Counted from the stretch's first letter, positions 25,931-39,708 are shown. The stretch is DNA of 64,000 nt from the human T2T-CHM13v2.0 reference genome, Homo sapiens (GCF_009914755.1 NC_060926.1), one strand, 5' to 3'. Program-made: numbers and translations. The notes: a model not told the origin generated them from the letters alone.

Positions 25931-28900
25931 AGTTTGCACATTTAAATTTGTCCCTGTAATAGTGGTGGGGCAGGCAACATCCTGTCTGGCAGCAACAGCA
26001 ACCCTAGAGCATAAATATGTTGCAGCCCATGCCTATGATGGTAACTAAACTGATCAAAGGGATATGAGTGGTGCTGGCCACATAGAAATAATGCAGGGCA
26101 CATTACACGTAGTACCCCTTTGCAACTGCAAATTGGTAGCTTTCAGAAATGTCCCCACTGGATAACCTGAAAAGCAACATGAAACTATAGTAAGAAAGTG
26201 AGCAGTGCATTTGTTTTTCTAAGATGACTTTGTCTCTTTCTAGAGGAGGCCAGGCTAAATCGGACACCAGATTAGAATAAGAAAAAGAAGAAAAAGAGGA
26301 AGAAGAGGAGGAGGCAGAGGAACCAGGATAATAACTGGAACTCTGATCTCTGAAACTGACACTTTTCCAAATTCAGAGTAAAATACAACTTACCATGGCA
26401 CGGATCCCTCCCATTTCCCCAGGTGCCAACTAAATGTGTTGGTAATTAAAACTTTTATCAAACTTCTCAACACTTAAATTCTGAATGGAGAATTCTGGGA
26501 GCATCGAAGTGAAAACACAGTGTTTGGAAAAAAAAACTAAAATTAGTGGAACCCAAGTAATAAATACTGGGAAACAAATGAGACAAAATTAACGGCAGAT
26601 AGCATCTATAATATGTCAGACTGGGAGGGCAGGTTTCTATTTCTGCCATGGGTCAATGCCTACTGCTTGTCTAATTTTTACATCTGTGTGCCCCTTTTCA
26701 AGTCCCCGCAGCACTTCAGAGTAAGGTTTGTGAGATACTGGAATTCACCAACCAGGAATGCAGTTGACTCTTATCCTTGAATATCATAAAAACATGTTCA
26801 ACTGTTCTCACTGGGGCGGTACTTCTGTAAACTGATGATGAGCAAGGGGTCCACAGTGTTTCTTTAAAAAAATATATAATTGCTTGCCTGCAAGAGCTAT
26901 TCACATTCTCAGGCCTGGTCTCATACAGAGTCACCTACAATGTGTGACTATTAGGTCTTGTGGAATTCTTCTGGCCAGGTCTCCAGCATGGCATGTTTTT
27001 CATGCCATAATCACTTTTCACATTCTCTTTCCTCAGCAGGATAAACATTTATCTTCCTTCTCTTGGCAAAGTACCTATATTTCCTTTAAGACCAACAATC
27101 TGACAGTCTCCAACTTCTCTAGGGAGAGTGAGTTACTGACTCTTCTGCATGTTTCTATACTTCTCTTGTATCATTTTTCACACCTCAGTGTGGCGGTGTG
27201 CTTTGTATTCATGTCTATTGTTAGGCTGTAAATACTGCTAGGGCAAGCTCCATGTTGTTCTGTTTCCATTAACATATAGAATGAATTTGAACACATTGAA
27301 GGCATTGGCTGCTGAAATAATGAATTTCACAAAATTTGTTCTTACCTTAGACCTTTACTCTTTATATTAAAGCTTTGATGTCTGCCAAAACGTTGATTCC
27401 TCACAGAATGACTCATAGGTAGAGTTTTTTTTTCTTTTATTCAGTTCTAATATGATGAGTATCAGATTATTTTTTGAGAGTAAGTTTTGATAAGGGGAAA
27501 TTGGTGTGAGGACAAGGGCATTGTGTGGCAGTGAAATGGTGAGCAAAGAGCTCTAGAGAACAAGGAGACGAAGGGCAGCAAAGATAAATACAATCAATGA
27601 GCATCACAATTTTCCCCAGGCCTGGTCTTGCTCAATCAGCCTTCCCCATCCCACTGCACAAACACAATTGCCATTGCATGTCTAGGTTAAGGCACTTCTC
27701 ATTAAATGAAAATGAGGGAGAAAAGAGGAAGGAAAGGACAAGTCTATGCAATAATTCCTTCATCAAATTGCATTTATTGCAGTGCCTGGCTGCAAAGCCC
27801 TTAGCTTTAGTAGCATCAGGTTGTTTTTTGTACTTCTATAACATAAGTATGTATACAAGGTTAAACATTGTTCCTTAAGTCTCATGCAACAAGAGTCATG
27901 ATTACTAAAGATGAAGGACATGGCACTTAGTAAGGCTATATGACTAACATATAAATAATAGGTATATATAGTTTAATAATCTGTAACTTGGTATTATCTA
28001 TTTTTAAACTAGAAGAGAATAACTTTCCAGGTATTCTGAGGGTATTTTGGAATTTATCAACATACTTGCTGTGAAATTCCAGTAACATTTGGCAAACACC
28101 ATGACTGTCTGGAGTGAATCTTTTCTGAATGAATGTTAAGTCCCTTTGGCCCTTAGTGCCAGTACTGCTGACAAGTATCTGCAGCTGGGTTTGCTTCCCC
28201 TGGCTCTTCTTTCATTCCATCTCCAGAACATTTTTTTCCTCTGTCTGACCTGATTTGTTGACCTTCCGCTGCCTGCCCATCCAGGCACACACCTTTCCTG
28301 TCGGTATCCTTTGTCAATTTCCTCCCTGCTAGCATTATTCTTTAGCTGGTTAATATAGCTTCAAATAGGGCCCACTGATGTACGGCCTTATTTGGCTACA
28401 GTAGGTCCCCGGAAAACTCATATTATTATTATTTTCATTGTGCTGGAGGCACTAAGCCATTTAGAGGATCCCTTGATAGGCAATAGCACATGGGGGCTAA
28501 GCTAACATTTATTTAGCCTGCAGCCAGAAAAATCCTCAGAAAGAGAAACTTTTAAGGAACAAAAATAGAAAGTAACAACAAAAAAAGTCTGACCTGTTAT
28601 GGTCAGGCTTTTTACTTATTATTATTTTTTAAGTCCATGAACCCACAGCTCAATGAAAATACAATATTGACAATGATATTCCCTTCATGTTCCAACTTCA
28701 ATATTTTCAGGAAGAGCTGTAGTCAGCATATATGTCACGTTGAGTTTTTAATCTAGCAAACTCATTTTCACATCGGTCACTCCAGGGAGCATCGGAGCCT
28801 TGTGCCAGTCAATGAGGTCTTTTGTATCACATCCCTGTGTATAGAGAATTGTGTGGCCAATCTTACTTAGAGGTGGGGGGAAGTCAAGCTTGGATTCATA

Positions 28901-29029
28901 CAACAATGTTGGTGAGGGACTTGGAGAGTTAGGTATGAATATGAACTCTTGGGCTGCATTCATGTGTGCATCTGTAGTCAGAAACTGACATCCTTTATAT
29001 GAAAAATTAATAGAAACAGGTAACAAATA

Positions 29030-29195
29030 AATATTAGCTATATTCCAGGTACTGTTCTAAGTACCTGTTTAATTCTCATAACTGTTCTATGATGTAGATA
29101 TATTCTAATACCTACTTCACAATAAGAAAACCAGAACACTGCAAAGTCGAACAATTTACCCCCAGTCGCACAGCTAGTGAACAGTGAGATTTCTC
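29030..29195 (-). mobile_element. MIR SINE
   Basis: 'ccaggtactgttctaag...ttaattctcataac...gtcgcacagctagtgaa'. Confidence 0.8.
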
Positions 29196-30834
29196 TTATG
29201 TTGGGGAGGTAATTTCTTTGTTTGGTTCTATTTTGTTTTAAATCAGGTAAATCCCTTCCAGTAGTATCTGGAGGCAAAACTACATCTCATCTATGAATGA
29301 TCGTTCCTGGCTTCCACAGTCATAACTGTTAGGATTCTTCAATTGTTTTTTTCCCTCTCTATGGAAAATCAAAGTCTTTGTAATCAAAATTATTTTGTGA
29401 TATTGTGACACTGAGTCATTGAGGGACTGGCATTGATTGTTATTCAACTGTCACTTTTAGGTCAGAGCCCAGACAGATGGAGATTGATGATGGATTTAAT
29501 TATTTGGGTACAAGATCTGTAAAGAAGGCCAGTGGCTTTTTGAGCCCACATTTAGTTGGATCTTTTGGGGTCATACTGTGTGAATAGTGTGATGCTGCAA
29601 GAGTCCCTGATTTCTCCCTCTTTTGCAAAGTCTGGGGAAAAGAAGTTGCGCAGTGCCAGGCGCTTTTGCTATGTGGTAGTGACATTTCACAACCTGACAG
29701 CTTCTGCGACAGGGCCCATCAGGCCTCCACTGGGGAGGCCTCAGTGGAAGGATCTGGCATCTGCTACCCAACATGGTTAGATATGTCCTTTAATAGTTTA
29801 AGGCAACCAGAAAAAACTCTGAAACACCAGGAAAGCTTTTCAAACCAAGAGCAATAAGAAACACTTTCAAGAATGTCCAGAATGTATCTGTCTGATCATC
29901 ATTCAATTGACGAAATGTTACTTGCTGTAACTCAATAAAGTGGACCTTTTTGCTGTAAGATGCAGTTTTTATTCCACCATCCCCCACCATGGCTTTTGAC
30001 CAACCCACATCTATTTTAATAAATTAGGAATAATATTCTTATTTTAGTAATGAGATTTCCTGTGAAATATGCTGCAGAAGGATGCAAGGGACAACCAAAC
30101 AATTATGCACTTCCTTTGCTTTCTGAATAGAACTTGAGTAGAAAAAGAAAAATCACATTTTTTCAATTGAAAGAGGAACAAGAGCAAAGCTAAGACAGGC
30201 AAAGAAAGACTTCCTCTGCACATATATCACTGCTGAGTCAGACGGGCTTGGAGAACAAATGCCCTTCAACCTAAGGACATTTAGCATTTCAGGGTCTTGT
30301 ACAAAACTATTTCCTATCCACGGGAAGGCTAATGAGTGCTCAGGGAAGCAGCAGCAACCAGGGAGAGACAGTGCCTCTAAAAGGTAGTAATTTCACTCAA
30401 AGGGATGTTGCCATTCCTTCACAAGAGTTAAATTAAGAGCAATATTTAGAAAAGCTCCAAGGTATGGGTCTTCTGCAAAGAAAATGAACTTGCTTTACTT
30501 CTGAACAGAGTGAAAGGCATTAATCAGAAATGCATTAACGGCAAAATGCATTTTTAACTGCTTGTTGCTCTGAATCCACTTTAGTATCCAGTATGGCAAG
30601 TGGCCTTTGGCATTCTGATTGTCTGCTGAGTAAGGATAAGGGCTGGTGGCTTCCTGTGTCTCAAGCTTCTCATCCCCTTCTCTGCATTTCCACAGTTCCT
30701 TTGTGCCTGTCCCCTATTAAGGTGCCTGCAGCCCAAGGTCTGGCTAGAATTGTAACTGCCAGATGGTTGATAAAGCAATTTGATCTAAGGTCCATTAAGA
30801 AATTGGTACATTTAAGTAGTGTACTGCCAGAAAG

Positions 30835-31055
30835 CAAGCTTAGAGTGGAAAACAGACAGTACTGGCTGTGGGAGAGCTTCAGCTTCATCAATTAATAGCT
30901 CTTAACCTTGGGACAGATGCTTTATCTGTCTGAGCTTCCATTTCCTCATCTGTAAAATGAGGATAATAACACCAACACTGAATGTCGTTGTGCGAGGTAG
31001 ATGAGTGGTGCATATAAAGTTCCTAGCCCAGTCCCCAGCAGGTGGCACCTGCTCA
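30835..31055 (+). mobile_element. MIR SINE
   Basis: MIR core 'tttcctcatctgtaaaatgaggataataac'. Confidence 0.85.
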
Positions 31056-31304
31056 GCCTGATACCAATTCCCTCATCTTTCTCTTAATTGTGACACTCCT
31101 TCCAGGAAAAATTTCTTTGTAGAAAAGGACTGAGGGAAACACAATTCTGTCCTGGAAAACATGAACCTCTAATTGTGGCTTTCTGGGCACTATGACATTT
31201 CTGGATCCCCTTGGATTCTACCCCATAATGGGTGATGAAATCTACTGACAATATTAGCATGGCCTGGAGCTGAGGGAAAGGGGGAAAGGGCTTTGCAAGG
31301 GGCC

Positions 31305-31660
31305 ATTTCTGGACTCAATTCCAACTCTTCCATTTATTACCTACTTGTGTGTTCCTGGTTATCGAATTTTTAACCTTTCTGATCCCCAGTTTCTTCAACT
31401 GTAAAATGGGAGTAACAATACCTTTTTAATTTGCATACTTGCTAAGATTTATTGTGGGTCTACAATGTGTCAGCCCCTCTTCTAGGCTTCTTAACTGCTC
31501 TCCTGTTTGCTCATCACAATATCTTATTAGATACCTTCTGCAAAATCATCCCTTATCATAAATGGGGAGCAGATTTCCAGAGTGGTTACCAGAAAGGACA
31601 GAGCTGAGACCTAAACCTAGGCAGGCCCACTTCGGAGACCATGGTTTTGACAACCACGTT
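31305..31660. mobile_element. Two adjacent MIR fragments in opposite orientation
   Basis: Plus-strand core 'cagtttcttcaactgtaaaatgggagtaacaata', followed by a minus-strand MIR-like segment from about 31445. Confidence 0.6.
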
Positions 31661-34649
31661 GCCTCTCCCTGAACATTTGGTGCATAAATTGGCCCCTAAA
31701 GATGTAATATTGTTTCTTTCCCTTAGATGCTATATCCCCATTATGGAGATGTAGCTGACAAACACCTCTAGGTTCTGAGAACTCTTACCTCTCCTAAGCC
31801 CTATCTGGCTGATTTTGTCCATATCAATGGGGGGAGGGAAGAGCAGAACCACTTGCAGTGTTCCTTCCATCCTTGAACCTAGAAAAGGGTTCAGAAAGGG
31901 TTGAAAATGCCCTTAGTATCTTAAACCTGATGTGAGATTGGCAAAAACTGCTCTCACATGGAGACTCCCAGCATCCTCCTCCTGTTGCATCCTCGTAAAT
32001 TCTGGGGAAATATTGTTGACTGAGGTCTTTGAGAGGAGAAAGATTTTTACTGCTAAGCAACTCAGTGCTCATGTCACAGAACCGAACTTATCCAGAGCTT
32101 ATCTAAATCCTCATGGGGTCAGAAAACTCATTGTAAGGTCTGGTCCCCAGAGAGTCCAGTAATTGGTGATTTTGGCTAGATCTGAAACATAGTCAGAAAA
32201 GGCTCTTCCCCTAGGCAGTTGCTTGTTATTAGATCCTACACACTACGTGTTGTCTTTATCAAAATAGTTTCTCCATATAGATAGAATCTGTTTTAGGAAA
32301 AAAGTTGAAGTTAGTGTAATGACATGAGATAAGAGACTTTGGCTTGAAAAATATCCTCCTATTATGTAGAAGATAGTCAAAGATCAGCAAATCCTCCATT
32401 TTCCTAACCTGTCATTACATCAGTAACTATCTTATCCAAGAATCATAATAATCAGTAGTGATAATAACGCAAAACTATCTATTTGATGAAAATAATAGCA
32501 TTAGAGATCAGTAGGTTTTTCAATAAAGGAGTATTGAAGAATGTTTTATATGCATCCCAATAGCCCTCTTATTAAACTCAGACACCTATGAGAAAAGATT
32601 ACACATGAATATTAACCAGCTAACAGTAACAGATAATATTAATCATACAGCACCTCTCTCAATTCAAGACCTCCCTGGAATGGATCAAAAACTAAATGGC
32701 TAAGGTAGCAACTTGGGCTGTAGGAGGGCATGAGATGGTGCTGAAATGAATATTTCTTTTATTTCATTTATTTTTTCTTTGGGAGTGATAGGTCAAAAGT
32801 CTCCTCTGATGGTAACACACACTAATGTATCATTTTCTTCTTAGTGGTTGAAGCCTGAGTTTTTATGACAGCTTTTCCAAGTGGCTTACTCAGGTTTTCA
32901 TAATAGTCTGTTTCATCCTGCTATGGAGATTATGCAAGAACTCAAAGCACTTTGCAAACATTAACCAAGTCTATATAGGTAAGGATTACTACATTCCCAT
33001 TCTCTTGCAGACAAAAATTAACTGTCTCCAGATTTTATTGGCACTTTTCTTTTAACTATAGACATCAATATTCATTTAAAATACACATATATGTGTAATT
33101 TCTTACTTTATTGGCATGTTATCTCTTTAGCATAAAATTAAATTGTTCTTTATAAGCAGTTCACTTTTAAGGTACCAAATTAATTCAAAATTGCCTATAT
33201 CTCAAGTACATTTTTAAGTGTAAATTTTCTGCATAAATTTGTTTAGTTAAATCACATCTTTCCTCTTAGACACAGTTTATGTGTCATTTTAATTAGATTA
33301 CTTTTAGATTACTTTAAGATAGCAACTTCTTGGCATTTTATTCAGTGTCCTAATACAATTTATAGGGGACATTAGTACCAAAGACTTAGCCAGGTCAGAT
33401 ACACCAGAAATTTTCTATCACGTTCGTAATTTGGGTGTGGGAAAAGGACTGTGTACAAACCAATACTATGATAAATCATCTTTAAATATGCATTTTTGTC
33501 AGATGATGGAAAATTTAATGTTAAGGACTATCATAGCTTGAATATTCATAACCTAATGAAGAAGTGAATATAGCTTACAACTAAAATAATGGATGCTGTG
33601 GAAGACCCTGAGATGACTTTGTAACACACACGCGCTTAGTTACCTTCAAAAATGGAATGTAATTCACAAAATTGACTACGGAAATAAAATCCCTAATCTA
33701 ATCTAATCTAATCCAAAGCAGGTAACATATAGGCATTTGAATATGTATGTTGGCAAGTTAATTTTCTTTCCGGTATTTTAGCAACATCTCTGAGGCAGGA
33801 TGATTTACTCAAGTTCCTGGATGAGACGATCAGAGCAAGTGATTCATTTCTAAAGTGCCAGAATGAGCCTAAATGCTACTCTGGAAGAGAATATTGCATG
33901 AAATGGGTTTTTTATGGTGTTTTTAAGAAATAATGCTTTTTCTCAGGCTTGCTCTAGTTACATTTGGTCTAATGATGTCTCATGGCTCGATATTATTGCT
34001 GGGTGCTCTAGTAAAAGTGCCAGATATTCAAATATGTTTTCCTCTTCCTGAGATAAGGAATATGAGGATAGAATGCACTGTGCCTGTGGTGATTTGGTAA
34101 AATTCTAATTTTCTGATTATTCTTAGTAGTAGCTTGCAAAATATTTTAATGCTTGCCCTTGAGCTCATTTGAAGTCAACTTTTTAACTTTTAACAGTCTT
34201 TAGGCGATAGTGAGCAAGATCTTTCATCGAAAGAAAAATAAAATGAGAAAAGTAAGATTTGTGTATAAGAAAAATTAGAGACCATAAGGTATTGTTGATA
34301 AAAGCATAGTTTGGTCCATCTACACATGTGTAATCTGCAACCATCACTATTATAATTTGCTCCAAAGAAGAAAATACCATTTAGTATTTTCTAGAATGAG
34401 CCCTCCTATTTTTGCCCAGAGGGATCATTCATAACAGCAGAGAGAATTTATCAAAGAAGTGGTTGTGAGACATTCATCAGAAGGGAGCTTCTCCAGAGGC
34501 TACAGGAAGAACATAGTCTATGAAGCAAGAGCTGAATTTACTTTCTAATTCTGCCATTTATTGGCTGAGTAGCCTTGGAAAATGACTTAACTTATTTAAG
34601 CCTTACTTGTTACTTTTGTAAAATGTGATTATTTATGACACTCACTGGC

Positions 34650-35098
34650 ATAGATGCTATTGCTACTGTGTCCAGATACCTTTTACCTGACTCAGCCCCT
34701 GCCACCTGTAAGGGTTGGACACTAATGGTCCACAACCATCCTTTCTTCAGATAATGGCCTGGCACACAGGAGCCAGCTCACCCAAAATGCCTGAACGGTC
34801 ACATCTGTGGCTCCCAGTGACAGACACACAGCCAATAACTGACTAATGTAGAGGCACAAAAGCCTGTCCCCTTTTTCTAGATGTAGGACAACTCTGTGAT
34901 GCTATTCACACTCCAGAGTTTCCTGTGGGATTAGGCTGAAGCAAACTTCAGCCAAAACCACAACTTCATCTGGCTTCTTCCCTTAGGATGTCTTGATTCC
35001 TTCACTTGCTCTGTGTTTCTCCTCAGAGCCCTACCTCAATAAGTCACTTGCACAAAATTCCCATCTTATAGCTTTTAGGAACCTGGACCTCAGATAAC
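34650..35098 (+). mobile_element. LTR16-family (LTR16C-like) ERVL LTR inserted into a MIR (about 34520-35180)
   Basis: 'gccaataactgactaatgta', 'ggacaactctgtgatgc', 'ctccagagtttcctgtgggattaggctgaag', 'aataagtcacttgcac'; MIR sequence continues on both sides. Confidence 0.8.
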
Positions 35099-35897
35099 AT
35101 GCTCTACCATATGAGACCTTTGTGAGGATCAAAGGGATGATATTCTAAACCACATTAAAAATGATGAAATTACATAGAAAAATATGTTATTGGAAGGCAA
35201 CGGATATCTTTTATAATTTTTCTGTTTTTATATGCCTTTACGTAATTTTTCAGATTTCTAGCATGAAAGTAATGAAGAACTTTCTGATTTAATAGAAACC
35301 TTATCAAGGTTTGCAAACAAAATATTACTAAATATCTGAGATTAGTTTTTCAAGAGATTTTTCACAAGTGTGATGGAAAGCAAAATATGTGGCTACAATG
35401 TCTATAAACTATCATTATTCCTTCTCAGTTGCCCAAGCATTATCATAATTACTGTTATCACAAACATAACAGTGGCAATGAGTTGTAATAGAAGGAACAC
35501 AGCCCAAAAGCACATTTTAAAACCACATTCTCTTGTACTTGACCTGTATGTATTGCTGTATTCTAGACCAAGACACACTCTGGCTTACAGCCCCTGGATA
35601 AAGAAAGAAAGATCATATTTTATGTAGAAAGACCACTATGTAATTTTAAATGAGGAACTTAAGCCTCAAAAAATTATCAGTTTTCAAGGGACATTTGTTG
35701 GTTGTCTAGGTTCTGGGGCAGATGCTGAGGTTGTCTCAATTCTCTCCTATAAGGAACTAATGTGCTTATGAGGGATAATGGACTCTCAATTCATTAATTA
35801 CAATAAAATATGAAAAATTGAATTGAAGATGTAAGAGATTTTACTATGAAAGCAACATGGCAATAAGTTGCTATATATTACACAGACATTTAGTGAC

Positions 35898-36348
35898 TAT
35901 AGTGGGTTGAATGTTGTCCTCCAAAAATTTATGTCCACCTGGAACCTCAGAATATGACCTTGTCTGGAAATCCAGTCTTCGCAGATATCATTAGTTAAGT
36001 TGGAATGAACCCATCCTGAATTAGGTTGGGCCCTAAATCCAATGACTGATGCCCTTATAAGGAGAGGAGAGGAGAGTAGAGGGCACACAGGCAGGGATAT
36101 GGGGCGGTGATGGATGCAGAGATTGGATGCATCTACATACAAGGGAATGCCAAGATTTGTCAGTGACCACCAGAAGCTAGGAGAAAAGGATGAGACAGAT
36201 TCTCTTCAGAGCCTCCAGAAGGAACCAACTTTGTCAACACTTTGATTTGAGACATCTGGTCTCCATAAATGTGACAGCATCAATTTATCTTGTTTTAAGT
36301 TACTCAGTTTGTGGCAATTTGTTGTGGCAGCCTAAATAAACAAATACA
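35898..36348 (+). mobile_element. MLT1B/C MaLR solo LTR
   Basis: 'tgggttgaat...ggaacctcagaatatgacctt...caccagaagctagga...gagcctccagaaggaacc...aataca'; TSD gtgac / atgac. Confidence 0.92.
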
Positions 36349-36349
36349 A

Positions 36350-36650
36350 TGACACTCCGTTCTCCCTCCTAGGATATCAGGTGTCCTTTTCATTTTGGCT
36401 AACTCTACTAAAACTGGGTCTTTGCTTAAATGTATGTTTTCAAAAGATTCTTCTCTGATCCTCCCAGATCTTGGTTCAGCATCTCTCCTCTGCATTCCTA
36501 TAGAACTACTTTGTATTCATCCACAGGTGTGTATTTCCCCATCTGTAAAACTTTGTATGTTGATCTTAATTGTTCTTCATCAAATCCTTGGTGCCCACCA
36601 AGATCCTGGCACATGGTAAATGCTCAGTAGTTATTTATAAAATAAATGAC
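36350..36650 (+). mobile_element. L2 3' end
   Basis: 'cctggcacatggtaaatgctcagtagttattt...aataaatga'. Confidence 0.7.
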
Positions 36651-38426
36651 TGGCATAATCAGAGCTGGGCTAAAAGTTTCCTGATTCCCATGGCATTGTT
36701 TTCCCTAAAACTTTCCTTTTTATATACATCTTTATATGTGTCGTATTTATTTATTAGTAAGAGGTTGTTGATGATGCAAGTTGCCAGGAAATTCATCACT
36801 AAGACCCAGTTAAAATTAAGAGACTTTAATCAAGTCACTTTTGCTAATACCTGGGCCAGATACTTCCCTAAGAGCTTACCGAGAGGCAGCAGATCTGGCT
36901 CTTACATAACACCAGTTACCACGCCAAACCTTCTGAACCTTTCCCAGTCAATATTCAGGAGAGGTGAGTCAAAAGAGAAAGGAAGAGTCACAGTAATTTG
37001 ATTCTTGGATTTATAGGGAACACAGTATTCATGGTACAGTGAGATTTTTCTCCTCTCTTGCAGGGGCAAAGAGTACTTCCATCCAAAGCCAAGCCAAGAA
37101 AGAAAAGCCTCCATGAACTTTAGTCAAAGAAACTGAGGGTGCTTTCCAGAAAAAAAAATAGGCACTTATTTTTATTCCTTAGAATTCTTATTCATTTTTC
37201 ATTCTTAGGCAGTCTTCCTTTTAAATTGACGTTTAACTTACACATAGTGAAATATGCAGATGTTAATTGCACACTTCAATTTGCTTTGACCAATGTACAT
37301 CCCTGTTAAACCCAAACTTCTGTAAAGAAATACTTCCTAGGTATTATTAAACAGCAAACTTCCTGACTTGGCTTGAGCAGGAGACAATTGGCAAGAGATG
37401 CCTGAGTGGAGATGTGTACTATACCACTTGGTATGCAAAGATACTAATGCTAATAACACTTAGGTGGTAGAATTGAATAGTCTTGCTGAACCTCATTCAT
37501 GGGTGCTGTCTTCTAGTCAAGGAAATTCAGCAGCAGGGGCAATGGGGAGGTCATCAATGGTGGAAGCTCAGAGGAGAGGTTAGACTGCAGCTGAGTGTCT
37601 CAGTCAAGGAACTGTGAAGTAAGAAGCTCCTACAGGGACTCTGAAAGACACACACGCACACACACACACACTGTGAGTGAGACAGCACTTGTCTCAGTCA
37701 AATGAGTAAGACTGAGTGAGACAAATGCTGTCTCAGTCAGTGCTGCCTAGACACAGGGACAGCCATTAGAGACAGGCCATCTACAAATGGAAACATTTGT
37801 CCTGTTTCCTCTTCCCCTTCCCTGTCACAAGGCACCAGGGAAGCTAGCCCTTGCAGAGGAGTGGGAGAAGGCTCCTCAGAGCTAGGCTCTACAACTTTGC
37901 TGGGGGAAGGGGAAACGATGGGATTTAAATTAATTTGTGATTGAAGTTGGAAATTAACATGAACTAGTTGTAACTGAAAAAACCTATGAAATTATAGGGT
38001 TTCTCCAAGTTGTTAAATGATGGAAAAGAATGATTCAACAAAACATGAGTGAAAGTAAGGACTGGAGGAAAAAAAAAGGCTTTTCATGTTTATGCTCTCA
38101 TAGAAATGAGCTTTTCCAATAAATCAGTTTCATGAGAAAACAACAGCTCCAAGCCTGTGAATTGTAGAACCCTGGGGATAAGCAAGGGAGACCTGAGGTT
38201 ACTGCAAGTTATTACAAGCGGTCTGCCAAGCAATATGTCAAATAAACATGGTCTCTTGATGCAATAAATAACGCCTTACCCAGACAGATAAAATCTTCTC
38301 TCAATGTATATTTATTCAACTTTGGTTAATAAATACAAATTTATTTATAGAAGTATTTGTGATTTATTAGGTTTTCTATTATGTATACTCTAAGTAACAA
38401 GTCACTCACATATGGGAGCTCTCACA

Positions 38427-38539
38427 ATTTTATTATTATTATTATTTGTAGAGACAGAGTTGTCTCTCACTGTGTTGCCCAGACTGTTCTCAAACTCCTG
38501 ACCCTAAGTGATCCTCCTGCCTCAGCCTCCCAAAGGACT

Positions 38540-38571
<32 letters not shown>

Positions 38572-38885
38572 GAGACAGGGTCTCACTCTGTTATCCAGGC
38601 TGGAGTACAGTGGCATGATCAAGGCTCACTGCAGCCTCGACTTTTTGGGCTTAAGTAACCCTGAGCTTCCACCATGGATGACCTCCCATTGCCCCTCCTG
38701 CAGCCTTCCGAGTAGCTGGGACTACAGGTGCACACCAACATGCCTGGTGAGTTTTTAAGTTTTTTGTAGACATGGGATCTCACTCTGTTCCCCAGGCTGG
38801 TCTCAAACTCCTGGGCTCAAGTGTTCCTCCTGCCTTGGCCTCCCAAAGTGTTGAGATTAAAGGTGTGAGCTACTGGGCCTAGCCT
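38427..38885 (-). mobile_element. Alu left-monomer/FLAM fragment (about 38427-38541) abutting a full AluJ (38543-38885)
   Basis: 'gtagagacagagt..ctcactgtgttgcccagactg', then poly(T) and 'gagacagggtctcactctg...ctcctgggctcaag'. Confidence 0.92.
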
Positions 38886-39269
38886 GGGATTAACATGAGA
38901 AAGAAATCACTGGCAGCAAAATGATTCCAAACCATTATAGGATGCAGTAGATTTTTCAGCCAACTTGGAATTTCTATGATGCTAACCCCACACCATAGCC
39001 ATTAGTAGTTACCTTTGGCAACATAGCACCCCAACACTTTCCTATTTATGGAGTCACCAGTGATCCTTCTTGGGAGGAGACAGGGACTTGAAAGGAGTTT
39101 AAAGGAGTAAAATACTCCTTCTCCAACTCCCTGCAACCAGCTTGCTTGTGTGATGGGGCTTGCTGAATTGAATGATTCCTCCTGGGACTTTGAATTTCAA
39201 GAGATGAGCAAAGACACTGCAACCATTAGAGACTGTTGATGGTGTGGCAGGGTAGAGTCAGCAATAGCA

Positions 39270-39708
39270 CGAATTTCCTCGGGCTGCCGAAGTGAAATAC
39301 CACATGACGGGTATCTTAAGCAACAGAAACTTATTGTCTTGGAGGCTAGAAGGCTGAGAGCAATGTGTCAGCCAGGACTGGTTCCTTCTGAAGGCTGTTT
39401 GAGGAAGAATCTGTTCCGTGCCTCTCCCAAACTTCTGGTGGTTTGCTGGGAAACTTTGGCATCTTCTGCTCATTGAAAGATCATCCCAAATTCTGCCTTC
39501 GTCTTCACATGATATTTTCCCTGTATGTGTCTCTGAGTCTAAATATTTCACTTTATAAGGACATTAGTCATACTAGATAAGGGTTCCACCCTACTCCATT
39601 ACGGCCTAATTTTAGCTTATTACATCTGCAACAACCTTATTTCCAAAGAAGGTCAAATTCTGAGTTGTGAAGTTTAGGACTTCAGCATATGAATTTTGAA
39701 GGAACACA
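39270..39708 (-). mobile_element. MLT1C-type MaLR LTR
   Basis: 'caacagaaacttattgtct', 'ggttccttctgaaggctg', 'tacatctgcaacaaccttatttccaa', 'ggacttcagcatatgaattttg'. Confidence 0.88.

Noticed and set aside
28582-28613. Hairpin plus T-run as a Rho-independent terminator
   Set aside because: The DNA is primate nuclear sequence, so bacterial terminators do not apply.
36570-37001. 143-aa ORF
   Set aside because: Non-ATG start inside an L2 fragment, no recognisable protein features.
37675-37739. Repeat-spacer-repeat pattern as a CRISPR-like array
   Set aside because: Only two units, a 13-bp gap, no cas genes, and a eukaryotic context.
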